A DNA stretch of 64,000 nucleotides from Fonticula alba ATCC 38817 (Eukaryota; Protista; Nucleariida). The notes under the pieces were generated by a model. That model searched no databases and was not told the origin of the DNA. It worked only from the letters and a program-made list of their open reading frames with translations. The stretch is taken from assembly GCA_000388065.2 (NCBI GenBank), contig KB932204.1, one strand, 5' to 3'. Below, one piece after another: positions 13,001-25,643 of this stretch. Position numbers and translations under genes: made by a program. The number at the start of each line of letters is the position of its first letter. Positions within the stretch are counted from its first letter, which is position 1.

Positions 13001-15455
13001 TCGACACCGGCTTCGGCGGGCTTGGCCATGGTGCGGCCGGGGGTCCCGGCGAGTCTGCCACTGGAAATGCCTCGGTGGTGGGCCTCACTGGCGGGACTTC
13101 CGGTGCGCATGTGTCCCCGGCCGGGGCACCCGGTCCGGGCCGCGTTTCGGCAACCGGCTCATCGGTGGCGTCCCTCGGCTCACGGGCATCTACCGCCGCC
13201 TCTGCCAGCACGGCTGCCGGGATTTCGGCATCCGCCGCCGGCGGGCCGACCGGCCATCCGAAGCTCAGCTCGGTCAATTACTGCGGGTGTGGGTATCTCC
13301 TGTCCCCGGGGGAGTACTGCCATGGGTGTGGGATCTCGGTGCCGCCGCTGTCGGCGCGGCAAATGGCCGCAGCCTTCTCGGCCGGAGCGTCTCCCCCAAC
13401 GGCAGGCTCTTCTTCGGGGCCTGGCGGCCTGCCGGGTGGCGGCAGTCCTGCCATGGGGGCCATTGCCGCTGGCGGGTCTCCCCCGGGTCACGGGGCGCTC
13501 GGTGGCCATGGCGCCGGCATGGGTGGCTCGATTGGCGGATCGGTTTCCTCGACATCTGGATCCTCGTCTCAGGTCGGGGTTGGCAATGGTGTGGTCCTGC
13601 CACTTGGGTCCATTGACCACCTGTCCTCGGATGATGATGATCTTGGCGTCGACCCGGGGGACATTGACACCAGCCTGGCACTGTCTGGTGGTCCGGGCGG
13701 GTCGTCACTGTCCGGCGGCAAGTCCGGCCCGGGTCACCATGCTGGTGGCAGTGCTGCGCATACTTACATCGAAAGTTTGACTTCGTCCTCATCGGCGGCG
13801 GCCCCGCTGCTGCCCGGTGGCGGGGTTGCCGGTCCTGGGGATTACTCGCACATGCCTTCGAGTTATGCCTACTCGCATCGGCAGTACTTTGCCGGGGGCC
13901 CGGGCGAGGGCCCCGGTGGGGCTGGCGTCGTGATGGTGGCCGGTGGAGGCCCCGGCGGAGCGGCCTCTTCGGTTGGCTTGCCATATTCCTCGTCGGCCAA
14001 GCGGATTTCCATGCTGACCACCGAGGAGCTGGCTGCCCTGGCCAAGTACCTCCCCCGGCGGAAGTCCCCATTCCTTGTGACGCCGACGGTGGCCATGGGC
14101 CTCTCCGTGTGGTTTGTATATTCGGTGCGTTTGGGGGTTTCCCCTGTGGCAGCTTGTCCCCTCCTGCCCCGTTCCGTCGTCCCCCCCCCCCTCCCCCCTC
14201 TCCAGCCCATCCCTCGCTCGTCTCTTTGTTGAGCCTCCTGCGGCCCAACTGACCTTCCTCTCTCTCCATCTCTCCCTCTCTCTGTCACCTCCTCCCCCCT
14301 TCCCCCCCCCCCCCCGATATGGGCGTCTGGCAGATCATGCTACTGATCCTGTCGGTATCGGGCTTTGGCATGTCCTATTTGGTGCTGTACTGGTCGCTGA
14401 TGTTCCTGCCGGCGGCCGTGATTTGGAGCGTGCGCGTGTCCATGTCGAAGGCGCGGCGAAACTTGCGCCGACTCTTGGCGGCGGTGGCTCTGCTCCTGTG
14501 GGTGGCATTGCCGCTGACGGTGCACCTGTTCGTGTGCTGGGCCGCCGTGGCCGGCTTGATCCCGATGCTGGACCGGTTCGGGTCGACTTTCCCGGGCGAC
14601 GCGGCTTTTGGCGCGGTGGTGGGCATCCTCACCGGGCTGGGGTCCCTGCCGCTGTTGGTAATCCAAACCCGAGCGTCGGTGGCCCGGACGGCGGTCACTT
14701 GGGCTACCCTGGCGGTGGCGCTGGTTGGGACCCTCCTGCTGGCGGCCTCGCTGCAGCCATATGACGCGCTGCATCCCCGGCGGGTGGATCTGATGCACAT
14801 GTACAACATGACGGATCAGACGGTGTCGGTGACCCTGGGAGCTCCCAATCGCGGGGACCTGCACCCGGTGCTGGACGCCATGGAGGCGCATGGGCTCGGC
14901 CAGGAGTCCTGGGTGCCGTGCTCGGTGCCGACCTACCAATTCCAGATGACTTCCAGCCAGACGGCTGGGTACTGCTTGCGGCCGGAGGCCCTCGGTCGGG
15001 AGCCAGGCACGTCGCTGCCTCGGCCGAATGTCATCCTGCCGAAGTACTTCTTCTCGTCGTCGGCATCGCCGGTCGACCCGGATTCGTGGCAGGCCCAGTT
15101 GGATATCCTGGCGCCGGGGGCCGCGAATTTGGTCATCTACTTTGACGGCGATTTGGAGGATTGGTCTCTGCCGATTGAGATCCCGGAGGCAGGGCACGCC
15201 GGGCACCTGGCCACCGGGCCCGGGGAGCGTGCCGTTTCCCGGCGCGCCTCCAATGGCTCGGTCAGCTCGTTGGTCTTGACCTTCCCCGGGCGCACGACCG
15301 AGGTCAATGTCCGGGTGTGGGCCAGCTATCCCTTCCACACGCCGGAGCTCCGGCTCGTGGACGAGTCCTTCCCGGCGGAGGCGGCCCACTGGCACAAGGC
15401 CAACATGCCTGGGCCTGTGATCATCACGTGGAACTTCCAGGTTTTGGCCCCGTGA
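10058..15455 (+). CDS. M28 family multi-pass membrane zinc metallopeptidase (ERMP1/Pff1-like)
   Basis: Exons 10058-10656, 10814-11335, 11850-14124, 14334-15455 have consistent phases. Motifs: LLVSAHYDS..SPGASDNGASVA, IFLFDDAEESGLLG, HYDPWFADVRAHINLDSAG and YSYHTRLD. There is an N-terminal TM anchor, several C-terminal hydrophobic segments and a PRR(V)DLMH-type C-terminal domain. An N gap lies in intron 2. Confidence 0.9.
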
Positions 15456-16000
15456 ACCCGCTCCAATATCACGCACTCATTTGCTCGATTGTTCGATGCC
15501 CTTGTCCTGCTTGGACCGGCGCCTGGGCATATGTGCGTGTGCGCGCGTGTGGGCCGGCGAGGCGGGGCCGGAGGCCGGGGGCCGGGGGCCGGGTGCAGGG
15601 CTTGCGTGTGTGGTGGGGTGTGTTTGTGTGGGGTGTGTGTGGTGGTGTTTTTGGGGTGGTTGGTGGTAAGAATGAGGGTGCAGGGGGGGGGGGGGGGGAT
15701 TTGGCAGCGATCTGAATTGCTTGTTGCCCTCCGAATGCGAAGCGTGGCTGGGTGGGGCTGTGTTGTGGCGGCTGTCTTGCGAGATGAAGAGCAATTGCGA
15801 TCGGGTGGGCGCACCCTCCCGGACCTCCGGGTTCCAGGAGGGTCGAGCACTCCCTCCTCTCCCCTCTCCCCTCTCCCCCTTTTCCCTCCCTTCCCCCCCC
15901 CCCCCCCCGATTGTTGCCGTTCATTGCCCACCACCACCGTATTCTCCTCGGCTCTTCTCTTCAGTGATCCCTTCGCCTGTTTGTTTGAAAGAAGCCCAAC

Positions 16001-18078
16001 ATGTCGGAGCAGTCCATTCCTGATCAGACCGCCGTGCAGCAGCTCGCCGCCGCTGTGGAGGCTGCCTCGGTGCCTGCCTCTGGCAGTGCTCACAAGCCCA
16101 AGGTCCTGATGATGGTAGGCATGGCTGGATCTGGAAAGACGACGCTCGTGCAGGTGCGTGCCTGGTGACCACCATCACGGTCGGCCATCGTCAGCGACAA
16201 TGGCGGTGGTTGGCGAACAAAGGAAGCCCCCCAATAGCCGCGGTAACATCAACTCCCATGGATGATGTTTGCGCCGCCGCTGCTGGTTCCACCGCCGCCG
16301 CTGCTGCTACCTATGCTGTCCTTGCTACCCTCTTCTTCCGCTTCTTCCTTGCGACCTTCCTAACATGGTTGTTCCTGTTCCAGCGGCTGGCTGCCGAGCT
16401 GGCCGCCCAGAAGAAGCGTGTCTACACGATCAACTTGGACCCGGCCGTTGCGCAGATCCCCTATTTTGCCAACATCGACATTCGCGACACGATCACCTTC
16501 AAGGATGTCATGACGCAGTATGTGAACACCAGATCGGTCTTCGCTCTTTTGTCTGCCCTTCCTCCAGGCCCGGTGCTGACTTCCCTACTTTAGGTTCAAG
16601 CTTGGCCCCAATGGTGCCATCATGACGGCCCTGAATCTGTTCACCACCAAGTTCGACCAGGTGATGGAATACCTTGAGAAGAGTGCTTCCGAGATTGAGT
16701 GCGTTTCCTTCCCCCTTGCCATGGGGCTGTGCGCGCGCGTCGAGGGCCGCACTACCGGCACCACCATGTGCAAACAACGACCCCCTCATACACTAACCTC
16801 CCCCCCCCCCCCCCCCCGTCTCTTGCTGGTCCTCTGGATGGCCCTGCCTTGTGTCCACTTGACCTCCCTGCCGGCTGGGATCTGCGGCAGCTACATCATC
16901 GTCGACACGCCTGGGCAGATCGAGGTCTTCACTTGGTCGGCCTCCGGAACCATCATCACGGAATTCCTGGCCCACTCATACCCCACGTCGCTCATCTACA
17001 CGGTGGACTTGATGCGGTGCCTGAATGCGACCACCTTCATGTCCAACATGCTGATGAGCTGCTCCATCCTGTACAAGACGCAGCTGCCGTACATCATTGC
17101 CTTCAACAAGGCGGACATCACTTCGCACGAGTTCGCCATCGAGTGGATGACCGACCCGGATGCCCTGAGCGATGCCCTTGAGCGGGATACCACATATATG
17201 GCTTCCTATGTGCGGTCCATGGCCCTGGTGTTGGAGGAGTTCTACGAGCATCTTCGCGTGCGTCTTTCAGTCTCACGCAGACGCACACACACACGCACAC
17301 ACGCACACACGCACACACGCACATACGCACACACGCACATACGCACACACACACGCACACACCGCCCTCGCCTATATGTAGCTCAATTTCTTCACATACT
17401 AATGTCCTGCCTTTTCGGTGGGTGCTCGGCCCCTGGTCACGGTTTTCCCCCTCCCCCGCCGCATAGTGTGTCGGTGTGTCGGCCCTTGTCGGGTCGGGCA
17501 TGGATGAGTTCTTCGAGGCGCTCGACGAGTCGCTGGTGGATTACGACACCAAGTACCTGCCGATGTTGGAGGAGCTGAAGGCCGAGCGCCTGCGCAACGA
17601 GGAGGCCAAGCGCCAGGCCCTGCTGGCCAAGTACCAGCGAGATATGGCGGCCGAGCGTCGGAAGCAGCGCCAAGCCGAGCGCAATCCCTGGGACAGCCCG
17701 CATGCGTCGGATGATGAGGATGAGGATGATGGCGATACCTTCGGCATGGACTCGGCGATTGATCCGTTCGCCGAGCACGAGGAGGACTCCTATGATGAGG
17801 ATGACTTTGACATCGGCGGCCAGTACTCGGATCAGTTTGAGAGCAGTGACGAGGAAGATGGCGAGGGTGGCTTCCTGCCCACGGGGGCCACCATGTCGGG
17901 GGCCATGGGGGCGACGGGCACACCGCGCCGCCATGAGGACACCCTGGCCGCGGACCTGGCCCGTTTGGGGCTTGGGCCACTGAACAGTAGCCGGTCGCCT
18001 GGCGGGGACGCCGCGTCTACCAGTGCCTACCTGCAGGTGCTTGAGGGCATGAGCCGGTCAAAGGTGTCCGACGAATAA
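16001..18078 (+). CDS. GPN1: GPN-loop GTPase 1 (XAB1/Npa3; RNA polymerase II assembly/import)
   Basis: Exons 16001-16153, 16384-16517, 16594-16698, 16891-17257, 17467-18078. Motifs: [70 protein letters not shown], followed by an acidic C-terminal tail. Confidence 0.96.
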
Positions 18079-18831
18079 CGCGGGAACAAAGGAGGCGAAG
18101 GGGAGAGGGGGGCGGGGGACGCCCATGCGAGGCTGGCATTTGCCCTTTTCCCCCCCTGCACAGGCCGAAAGTCCCCCTTCCCTGTCCCTGCTCCTCGTGC
18201 TCCTCCTGCTCCTCCTCCTCCTCGCTTTTTGGGCGTTTCAGATATAGATACACACCTGTTGTGAGAGCTTCTTTGTGCTGCTCTTTGGGAGGTCCTGCTG
18301 GGGTTTTTTTTTTCCTTGCGCCGGTGCCCATTCTAGTGGTGTCCGGACCATTTGCAACAGGGCTGGGAGATGTGGGCGGCCATCGTTCATTCGAGGATGC
18401 GTGACTGTTGAAGGTGCGGGTGGTGTCGAGGCTCTCAGCCAGGAGTGCCTCTCCCATCGCCCAGGGCCAGCTGCGGGCGCCGATGCGATGACTTGATCGG
18501 CGATTCCCCGCCTCCCTGAGAGGACACATCCCACGGCACTCTCTCTCTCTCTCTCTCTGCGGCCGGCCAAGGTGCGGGAAGATGTTTAGCCATGCCATGC
18601 TTGCAGGGCAAAGAGGAAAATAGGGAATGTAGACAGGGTAGGATGCAATTGACAAGCAGCAGGCCAAGTTCCGGAGATACCCCGACAAGGGGGCCATGAG
18701 GCTTCTATTCGGGCATCCTTCTCGTGAAGGGGAGACGAGGGGAAAGGGAAAAAAAAGAAAGAAAAAGAAACAGACGGCAGGATGCAAGTGCAACATCATC
18801 ACAAGGACAGGGCGCCTCCGAGACCGGCGAC

Positions 18832-21800
18832 TCAGTTGACCGTGTGTCGGTCGATCACCGAGCCGGTGAGGGTCTTGCTGACGCGGTAATATTGGCTGAT
18901 GTGGGAGCGGCCAAGAAGCTCGAGGAAGTTCTCATCGTGCGTGATGAGCACCAGCTGGAAGTTGTTTTGCGCCCGGCGCTCGGTGATCAGCCGCTCGAGG
19001 GCCTCGGCCAAGGCGGTGACATTCCTTTCATCAAGGTTGGTGGTGGGCTCATCGAGGACCAGGACGCCGCAATTCAGGCCGAAGGCTTCGGCCAGGGCCA
19101 GGCGCACGATGATCGATGCCAGGACCTTTTGGCCGGCACTACACCGACCACGCATGTCCAGAGCCACGCCATTCCGGTACATCACCAGTCGATAGTGGCA
19201 GGAGTCCAGCTGGTCAGCGGCGTCGGTGGCGGCGCCGGCCGGGCGCTCGCTGATGGCCTGGATCTCGATGAGCTCGATGTCCTCGCCGGTATAGGTGCTG
19301 GCCCAAAGATCGGCGATGATGCGGTTAATTTCACGCATCTTCAGGGCGTGGAAGCGCGCGATCGACGCATCGATGGTCCGCCCATAGTGGTCGAGGTCGC
19401 GCTGGCACAGCTCATAGGCGCGGAACTCCAGCAGGAACTTCTTGTACGCGTCATCGGCCCCGGCGATCTCCGGCCGGCCGAGGTACGCCTCGCGGTCGGC
19501 GCGCTGGCGAGCCAGCTCCTGTAGGATGCCAGCCTGGCGGCCACGCTGCTCCTTCAAGGAGAGCACTTCCCGGCGGAGGGCTCCGGGCCCGGCATCGGGA
19601 TTGGCATCGTCCGGCCGGAGGGTCGGCCCAGTGGCAATCAGGGGAACCCGCAGAGCCAGGGACTTCCGGCGGATTTCGGCCTCCAGGTCCCGGGCGCCGG
19701 CGAGCAGCTCGGCGGTGTCTTGGCGTGCGGTGACCAGCTGCTGGCGGCGCTGGCGCCAGATCCGCAACAATGACAACCGTGAAGCATGGGACTCCGCGCT
19801 ACGGAGGGTTTCTCGCTGGCGAGCGGCGTCAGCCTGGCTGGCAGCCAACCGAGGGAGAACCGTATTCTCCAGGACATCCCGCAGGGTGGAAGGGTCGCCG
19901 GCATCGGGGACCGGGCTGTCCCCCATCAAGCCGCGGGCATGGAAGCCCGCGATGTCGGACTGGGCATCGGTGGCCAAGCGTGCGAGACGGCTGCGGTGTT
20001 CGCGTGCACGCCCCAAGAGCGCGCGAAGGTCCGCCACACCAGCGGCCAATTGACGATGGGATGCCTGGCGCCGATCGCGCTCGGACTCGCTGGAGCGGCG
20101 ATGCTCTTGCAGTCGGCGCTGGGCCTCGGAGATGGACTGTGCGGCTGCCTGAGCCTCAGCCTCATGCGTCTGAAGAGGGCGGCACAGGAGGGGGGGGGGG
20201 CGGCGGCGCGCGCGAAGGGGTGAGAGCGAGGTCATGGGAGGGATCCACCACGAGGGGAGCACAGGGAGAAGAGGGAGCAGGAAGAGGAGCAGGCGATATC
20301 CGGGGCACATACGGTCGCGGATTCCTGCAAGGTCTGAATCTGCTGGCGAAGAGCGCGCCGACGATCAGCGCTGGCACTGGGAGAGGCAACCGCACGCTCG
20401 GCGGCAATTTGGTCCATGAGACGCTCCTTCTGCGACAGGAAAGCCTGATGCTGAGTTCGGAGGTCCTCCAATTGGGCATCAAGATGATCCCTGTGTATAC
20501 CATCGGCCCGGGGGCATGCCAGGGAGGGGAGAGCAGGATGCAATACCGGCGGCAGGTAAGAAAGATGGCGGGCAGGGGGGGGCGGAAAGCAAGATGACAC
20601 GCAGAAATGTGGAGATATGCGCACTGGCCGGCCTTGCAATCGGCCACGGAGGCCTCGGCATCAGCCTGCGAAGCAACCGGGCCGATTTGCTCAATCTTGA
20701 TGGCGCCATGGCGGGTGGGGGGGAGGAGAGGGAGTCAGAGACCGAAAGGGGGAAAGCAGCAGGGCAGGCGCGAGGGAATGGACAAAAAGGACAAGATGCC
20801 ACAGAGAGGAGGTACCTGCTCGAGGAGAGAGCGGCGCTCGGAAAGGAGATGCTGCATGCCCTGCGGACCGGGGGCTTGAACGCGGGCGACAACGGCCTCC
20901 AGCGAGGCAAGAGGCTTGGCCAGGGTGTTGCACCGTGCGGCGGCAGTGCGTGCGGCATCTTCAGCGGCGGACAGCGCCCGGCGCTGATCGCTCAGTTCCG
21001 CGCGCAGGGTGGACGCCTGGTGGAGCTCTCGCAGGAGGTCCCCCTGGCGGCTGAGCAGCGTCTCAAGCTCGCCAATCGAGCGAAGGAGCAGCCGAACTTG
21101 CAGATGCTGGGACTGCTCATCGGACACGGCCAGGGACCGGCGCAAGGTGCTCAGGTAATCCTCCACCGAGGCGGACATGACGTCCTCCGGGGAGGAGCCC
21201 TGATCGAAGGGGCGCGTGCAGAGAGGACAGTCGTGTCGAACTGGAGCACCCTCCTCGCCAAGGGCAAAGGCACGCATGCTCTTCTCAATCGCGTCGAGGC
21301 CACGAAGGAGCTGCAGCCGGCTCCGGTGACTGGCCAGGGCGGAGGCCAAATCCAGGCCCTCGGCCCAGGCGACCAGAGAGTCGGACGGGGCGTCCGGCTC
21401 CGGGGGGCTACGCAGGCCCGGCACCTCGGCCAATGTCATGGGGGACAGGATGCCCGGTGCCAGGGCGGCCAGCAGCTCGGCCAAGCGGGACTGCACTCCA
21501 GCAAGTGTGGTTTCCAGGCGAGTGACATCCGCTTGAAGGGTGGCCTGATGGGCTGTGTGGGTCTGGCTTTGAGAGGTGGCCTCTCGGACCACACCACGAC
21601 AAGCGGCCAGAGCCGTGAGGATGTCGGCCTCGGAGGGGCCATTTTCTCCGGGTGCAGGCAACGCCAAGGCCGACCCGAGGATCGAGGTGGACGAGCAAGC
21701 AATAGCATCCTGAAGCTCTCGGGAGCTGGGGAGGAGGAGGTCAGTGGGTAGTGGGAGCCGATGGACGGAGGTAGCAGCGCTGGGGGGGGNNNNNNNNNNN

Positions 21801-24800
21801 NNNNNNNNNNNNNNNNNNNNNNNNNNNNNNNNNNNNNNNNNNNNNNNNNNNNNNNNNNNNNNNNNNNNNNNNNNNNNNNNNNNNNNNNNNNNNNNNNNNN
21901 NNNNNNNNNNNNNNNNNNNNNNNNNNNNNNNNNNNNNNNNNNNNNNNNNNNNNNNNNNNNNNNNNNNNNNNNNNNNNNNNNNNNNNNNNNNNNNNNNNNN
22001 NNNNNNNNNNNNNNNNNNGGGGGAGGGAGGAAGGAGAGGGAAAGTGGGAAACACACTTTTCGGCAATTTGGGAGGCCAGACGACGTTCCTGCTCCACGAG
22101 AGCCGCGCGCCGGGATCCGAGCTGGAGATCCTTCTCGGCCTCCGTCAGGCGCCGCTGCAGAGCTGCACGCTCGAGGGCCAGGGCTGACTGCCGGTGCTCG
22201 AAGTCCAGGGCCTTGAGCTGCGCGTCAATGTCCTCACGTTGGCGTTCCTGAATTCCGGCGGCTGCAGTGTCAGTGAATCAGGCAGAGCACAAGCGCGCGT
22301 CTGCATATGTGCGTGCGAGTGTGTCCACATCTTGGTATATATGTGCACGGATTTCCTCTTCACATGAGCGCATGTGGCAGGGAGATGGAGAGGGGGGCGG
22401 GAGGGCGGGAGGGCGGGGCGGGACAGACGCACGAGCTGGACCAGGGGCGAGGCATCAAGCGAAGCAGAGCGAGACTCCTCATCGGCAAGCTCCTGCCGCA
22501 GGGCAGCCACCTGGCGAGTGGCCGCACTGGCTGCCCGCTGGGCAGCCTGCTGGATATTTTCCTGAACCGCGACCGTTTGGGCGAGAGCCGTCGCATCCCG
22601 GTGCATGGTATCGATGAAAGTCCGCAGGCTGCTCTCCTGGCGAGTCAGGAGGGGATCCAAGGCGGCCAGGAGTTGCGGCAGTGAATCCAATCCGGCAAGC
22701 GGCAGTGCCTCGACCTCCGGTCGGACATCGGACGGGAGCAAATCTGCCAAAGCAGCGCGCTGGGCGGCCGCCTGTTCAAGGAATGCGGCATGGTCCTGGT
22801 GACAGCACGGCGAGTGAGATGAAGAGCAGGAGACGGAAAGCCGGAGGGCGGCCACGAAGGACGAAGTTCATTGGCGCACCGTGTTGAGGGACGCAAGCTG
22901 GTGGCCAAAGTGCTGGATGCGGGCTGTTGCGGCTTGCGCGGCGGAAAGGGTTTGCTCGAGGGCGGTGATGCTGCGCTGGATCATGTCCGGCGTTTGAGCC
23001 GCCAAATCCGAGCTCTCCAGGGTGCGGATCTCGCGAGCCAGCTCCTCATCGGTGACTGGGCAGGGGAGGGGTCAGGAAACCGGGGCATGGGGAGGTAGAA
23101 GGGAGCAGGCACTCGAAGGGGGGGGGGGGGGGGCAAAGGCGGTGATCGAATGGCACACACGTTGGGTCTGGTCGCCACGGGCTTCGGTCTCGAGGATGCG
23201 CACGTCGGCCTCGCGTTGTTGAGCCTGGTCGCGCCGACGAGCAAGGGTCTGGCACAGGGCACCAAGCTCCCGGGCAGCGGACTCCGCCTCGGCAAGCTCC
23301 TTCTCCCTATGGAGGATGTCGCTGTTGAGGGTGTCCACGCTGGCCGAGATCTGTCCACGCTCGCTGTCCAACTGGCTGATGATGTTTCGGGTCTGATGGG
23401 GCGACACCGACAAAAGAGAGGCATCGAGGGAGGGGGAGGGGGAGAGGGGGGGGCGGGAGCAGATGGTGAGTCAAGAGAAGAGGAAAGAGATAGGGGAGAG
23501 AAAGCCGCCAAAGTGACACACCTCGGCGGCCAGATCGCGGAAGGATTTGGCCCGGATCATACGCTCCTCGGAGATGCGGGATTGGGTGGACTGTTCGCGG
23601 CGAATCTTCTTCATCTCCACGAGGGCTTTGGAGTAGCGCGTGGCGGCAAAAATGGCATCAAACTTGGCTTTCAGGTCTTTGGAATCGGAAAAGGGCCTGC
23701 CAGAAGCATGTTGGAGTGTGAGGGTCGATGGGGGGGGGGATGCCGGGAGAAAGCAAAGGGAAGGAAGAAAGAGGGGGAAAGCGAGAAAGAGGGGGAAAGC
23801 GAGAAAGAGGGGAAAAGCGAGAAAGAGGGGAAAAGCGAGAAAGAGGGGAAAAGCGAGANNNNNNNNNNNNNNNNNNNNNNNNNNNNNNNNNNNNNNNNNN
23901 NNNNNNNNNNNNNNNNNNNNNNNNNNNNNNNNNNNNNNNNNNNNNNNNNNNNNNNNNNNNNNNNNNNNNNNNNNNNNNNNNNNNNNNNNNNNNNNNNNNN
24001 NNNNNNNNNNNNNNNNNNNNNNNNNNNNNNNNNNNNNNNNNNNNNNNNNNNNNNNNNNNNNNNNNNNNNNNNNNNNNNNNNNNNNNNNNNNNNNNNNNNN
24101 NNNNNNNNNNNNNNNNNNNNNNNNNNNNNNNNNNNNNNNNNNNNNNNNNNNNNNNNNNNNNNNNNNNNNNNNNNNNNNNNNNNNNNNNNNNNNNNNNNNN
24201 NNNNNNNNNNNNNNNNNNNNNNNNNNNNNNNNNNNNNNNNNNNNNNNNNNNNNNNNNNNNNNNNNNNNNNNNNNNNNNNNNNNNNNNNNNNNNNNNNNNN
24301 NNNNNNNNNNNNNNNNNNNNNNNNNNNNNNNNNNNNNNNNNNNNNNNNNNNNNNNNNNNNNNNNNNNNNNNNNNNNNNNNNNNNNNNNNNNNNNGGTGCC
24401 GATGGCAATCCCGGAGGTAGTCGAGGGGGCTATCGTCCTGATGGCAGAAGATGACACTCTCCAGGATGACTTCGCTGACACCGAGGCGCTCGATCATGGC
24501 GGTCTTCATTTCGCCGGTACGCATGCTGATATTCCGTTCCGATTGGCCCTCCATATACTGGAAATTGGTGTCGAGCGTTGTGAAGCGATCGGCCGCGCGG
24601 CCCATCTTTGCCTCGACGGAAAAGAGCCGAGTCGTCCGGCAGCGGGTCTGGTGGATGTCCCGAAAGCCGAGAGTGATACGTCCCGTAACCGCGTGCTGTC
24701 CAGCGATCTTCAAATCGTGGACGAAGCTCTTCCCCTTGTCGGAGTTCTTGGGCAGCTCGCCGGTTGTCGCATACTTGAGACACTCGATGACGGTCTGCCA

Positions 24801-25009
24801 TGGAGGGGTTGGAAGGGGGGGGGGATAGGAGGGTGAGAGAGGGTGAGAGGCGAGGAGATGGGCGGCGAAGGGCACAGGGGGGAGGGGGGGGGGGGTCGAA
24901 CGAGGATGACGTCCAAAGGCCGATCGAGGCCGAGGGGAGGGACATACGGTCTTTCCTGCGCCATTAGCACCGACGATGACAGTCAGCGGGGTGAAAAAAT
25001 CAATCCGGA
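18832..25009 (-). CDS. RAD50: DNA repair protein RAD50 (5' coding exon not located)
   Basis: Exons (minus): 25009-24948, 24794-~24430, 23696-23522, 23392-23161, 23055-22880, 22795-22433, 22247-22057, 21725-20816, 20695-20625, 20489-20312, 20169-18832. Motifs: Walker A IVGANGAGKT/TVIECLKYATTG, VIFCHQDDS, KFDAIF, zinc hook CPLC, DMRGRCSAGQKVLAS, Walker B LDEPTTNLD and QLVLITHD. Total about 1350-1400 aa. Confidence 0.95.
23769..23858. repeat. 18-bp purine-rich tandem repeat (about 5 copies) in a RAD50 intron, running into an assembly gap
   Basis: AGAGGGGGAAAGCGAGAA / AGAGGGGAAAAGCGAGAA units. Confidence 0.85.
23859..24394. other. Largest assembly gap (536 N), inside RAD50
   Basis: Run of N. 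Many smaller gaps elsewhere are almost all flanked by C/G homopolymers or purine/pyrimidine tracts. Confidence 0.99.
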
Positions 25010-25643
25010 CTGGAGNNNNNNNNNNNNNNNNNNNNNNNNNNNNNNNNNNNNNNNNNNNNNNNNNNNNNNNNNNNNNNNNNNNNNNNNNNNNNNNNNNNNN
25101 NNNNNNNNNNNNNNNGGGGAGATGGGTGTATTAAACAAGCTGAGTGGGGGTCCACGGGGGCACCATAAAAGAGGGGGCATCGTCAGGCGTTCGAGATCGC
25201 GTCCAGCCCATCCCCCCCCCCACCCCCCACCCAACGGGTGCGCCCGGAGCGCTGGGTCTACTGTCTCCGCCCGCCGGGGGTGAGAAATGCATGTGTCCAC
25301 AGGTCTATCTAAAGTGGAAATCGGGAGGGGGTGGGGGTGGGGGTGGGAGAGGGGGACGATGTCAAACATCCGAAGTGACACATGCACCATCGACAAGCCG
25401 ATGCATGCGAGTAAAAAAAAAAGATCAAGGCGCAAGACCCCCGGGAGAAGACCCGATCGCGGCGGAAGGGTGGGGAGTCGGGAATGTGGCGCCACGCTGG
25501 GAGGTGCCACCGGATTGACACCCAACCTCATGGCGGCCGGGGATGTCCCGGGGGATTGCCTCGGCTCGTGGTGAAGATTCGCAGGGGGGGGGGAGTGTTC
25601 CCGTTTGACACTCTGTTTCTATCCACGCAACACACAGGCCGTC

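Noticed and set aside
17281-17361. Short tandem repeats as CRISPR-like arrays or coding repeats (for example (CA)n/CGCACA tracts, 17-18-mers)
   Set aside because: They have no unique spacers and no cas genes nearby, and they lie in introns. These are simple micro/minisatellites.
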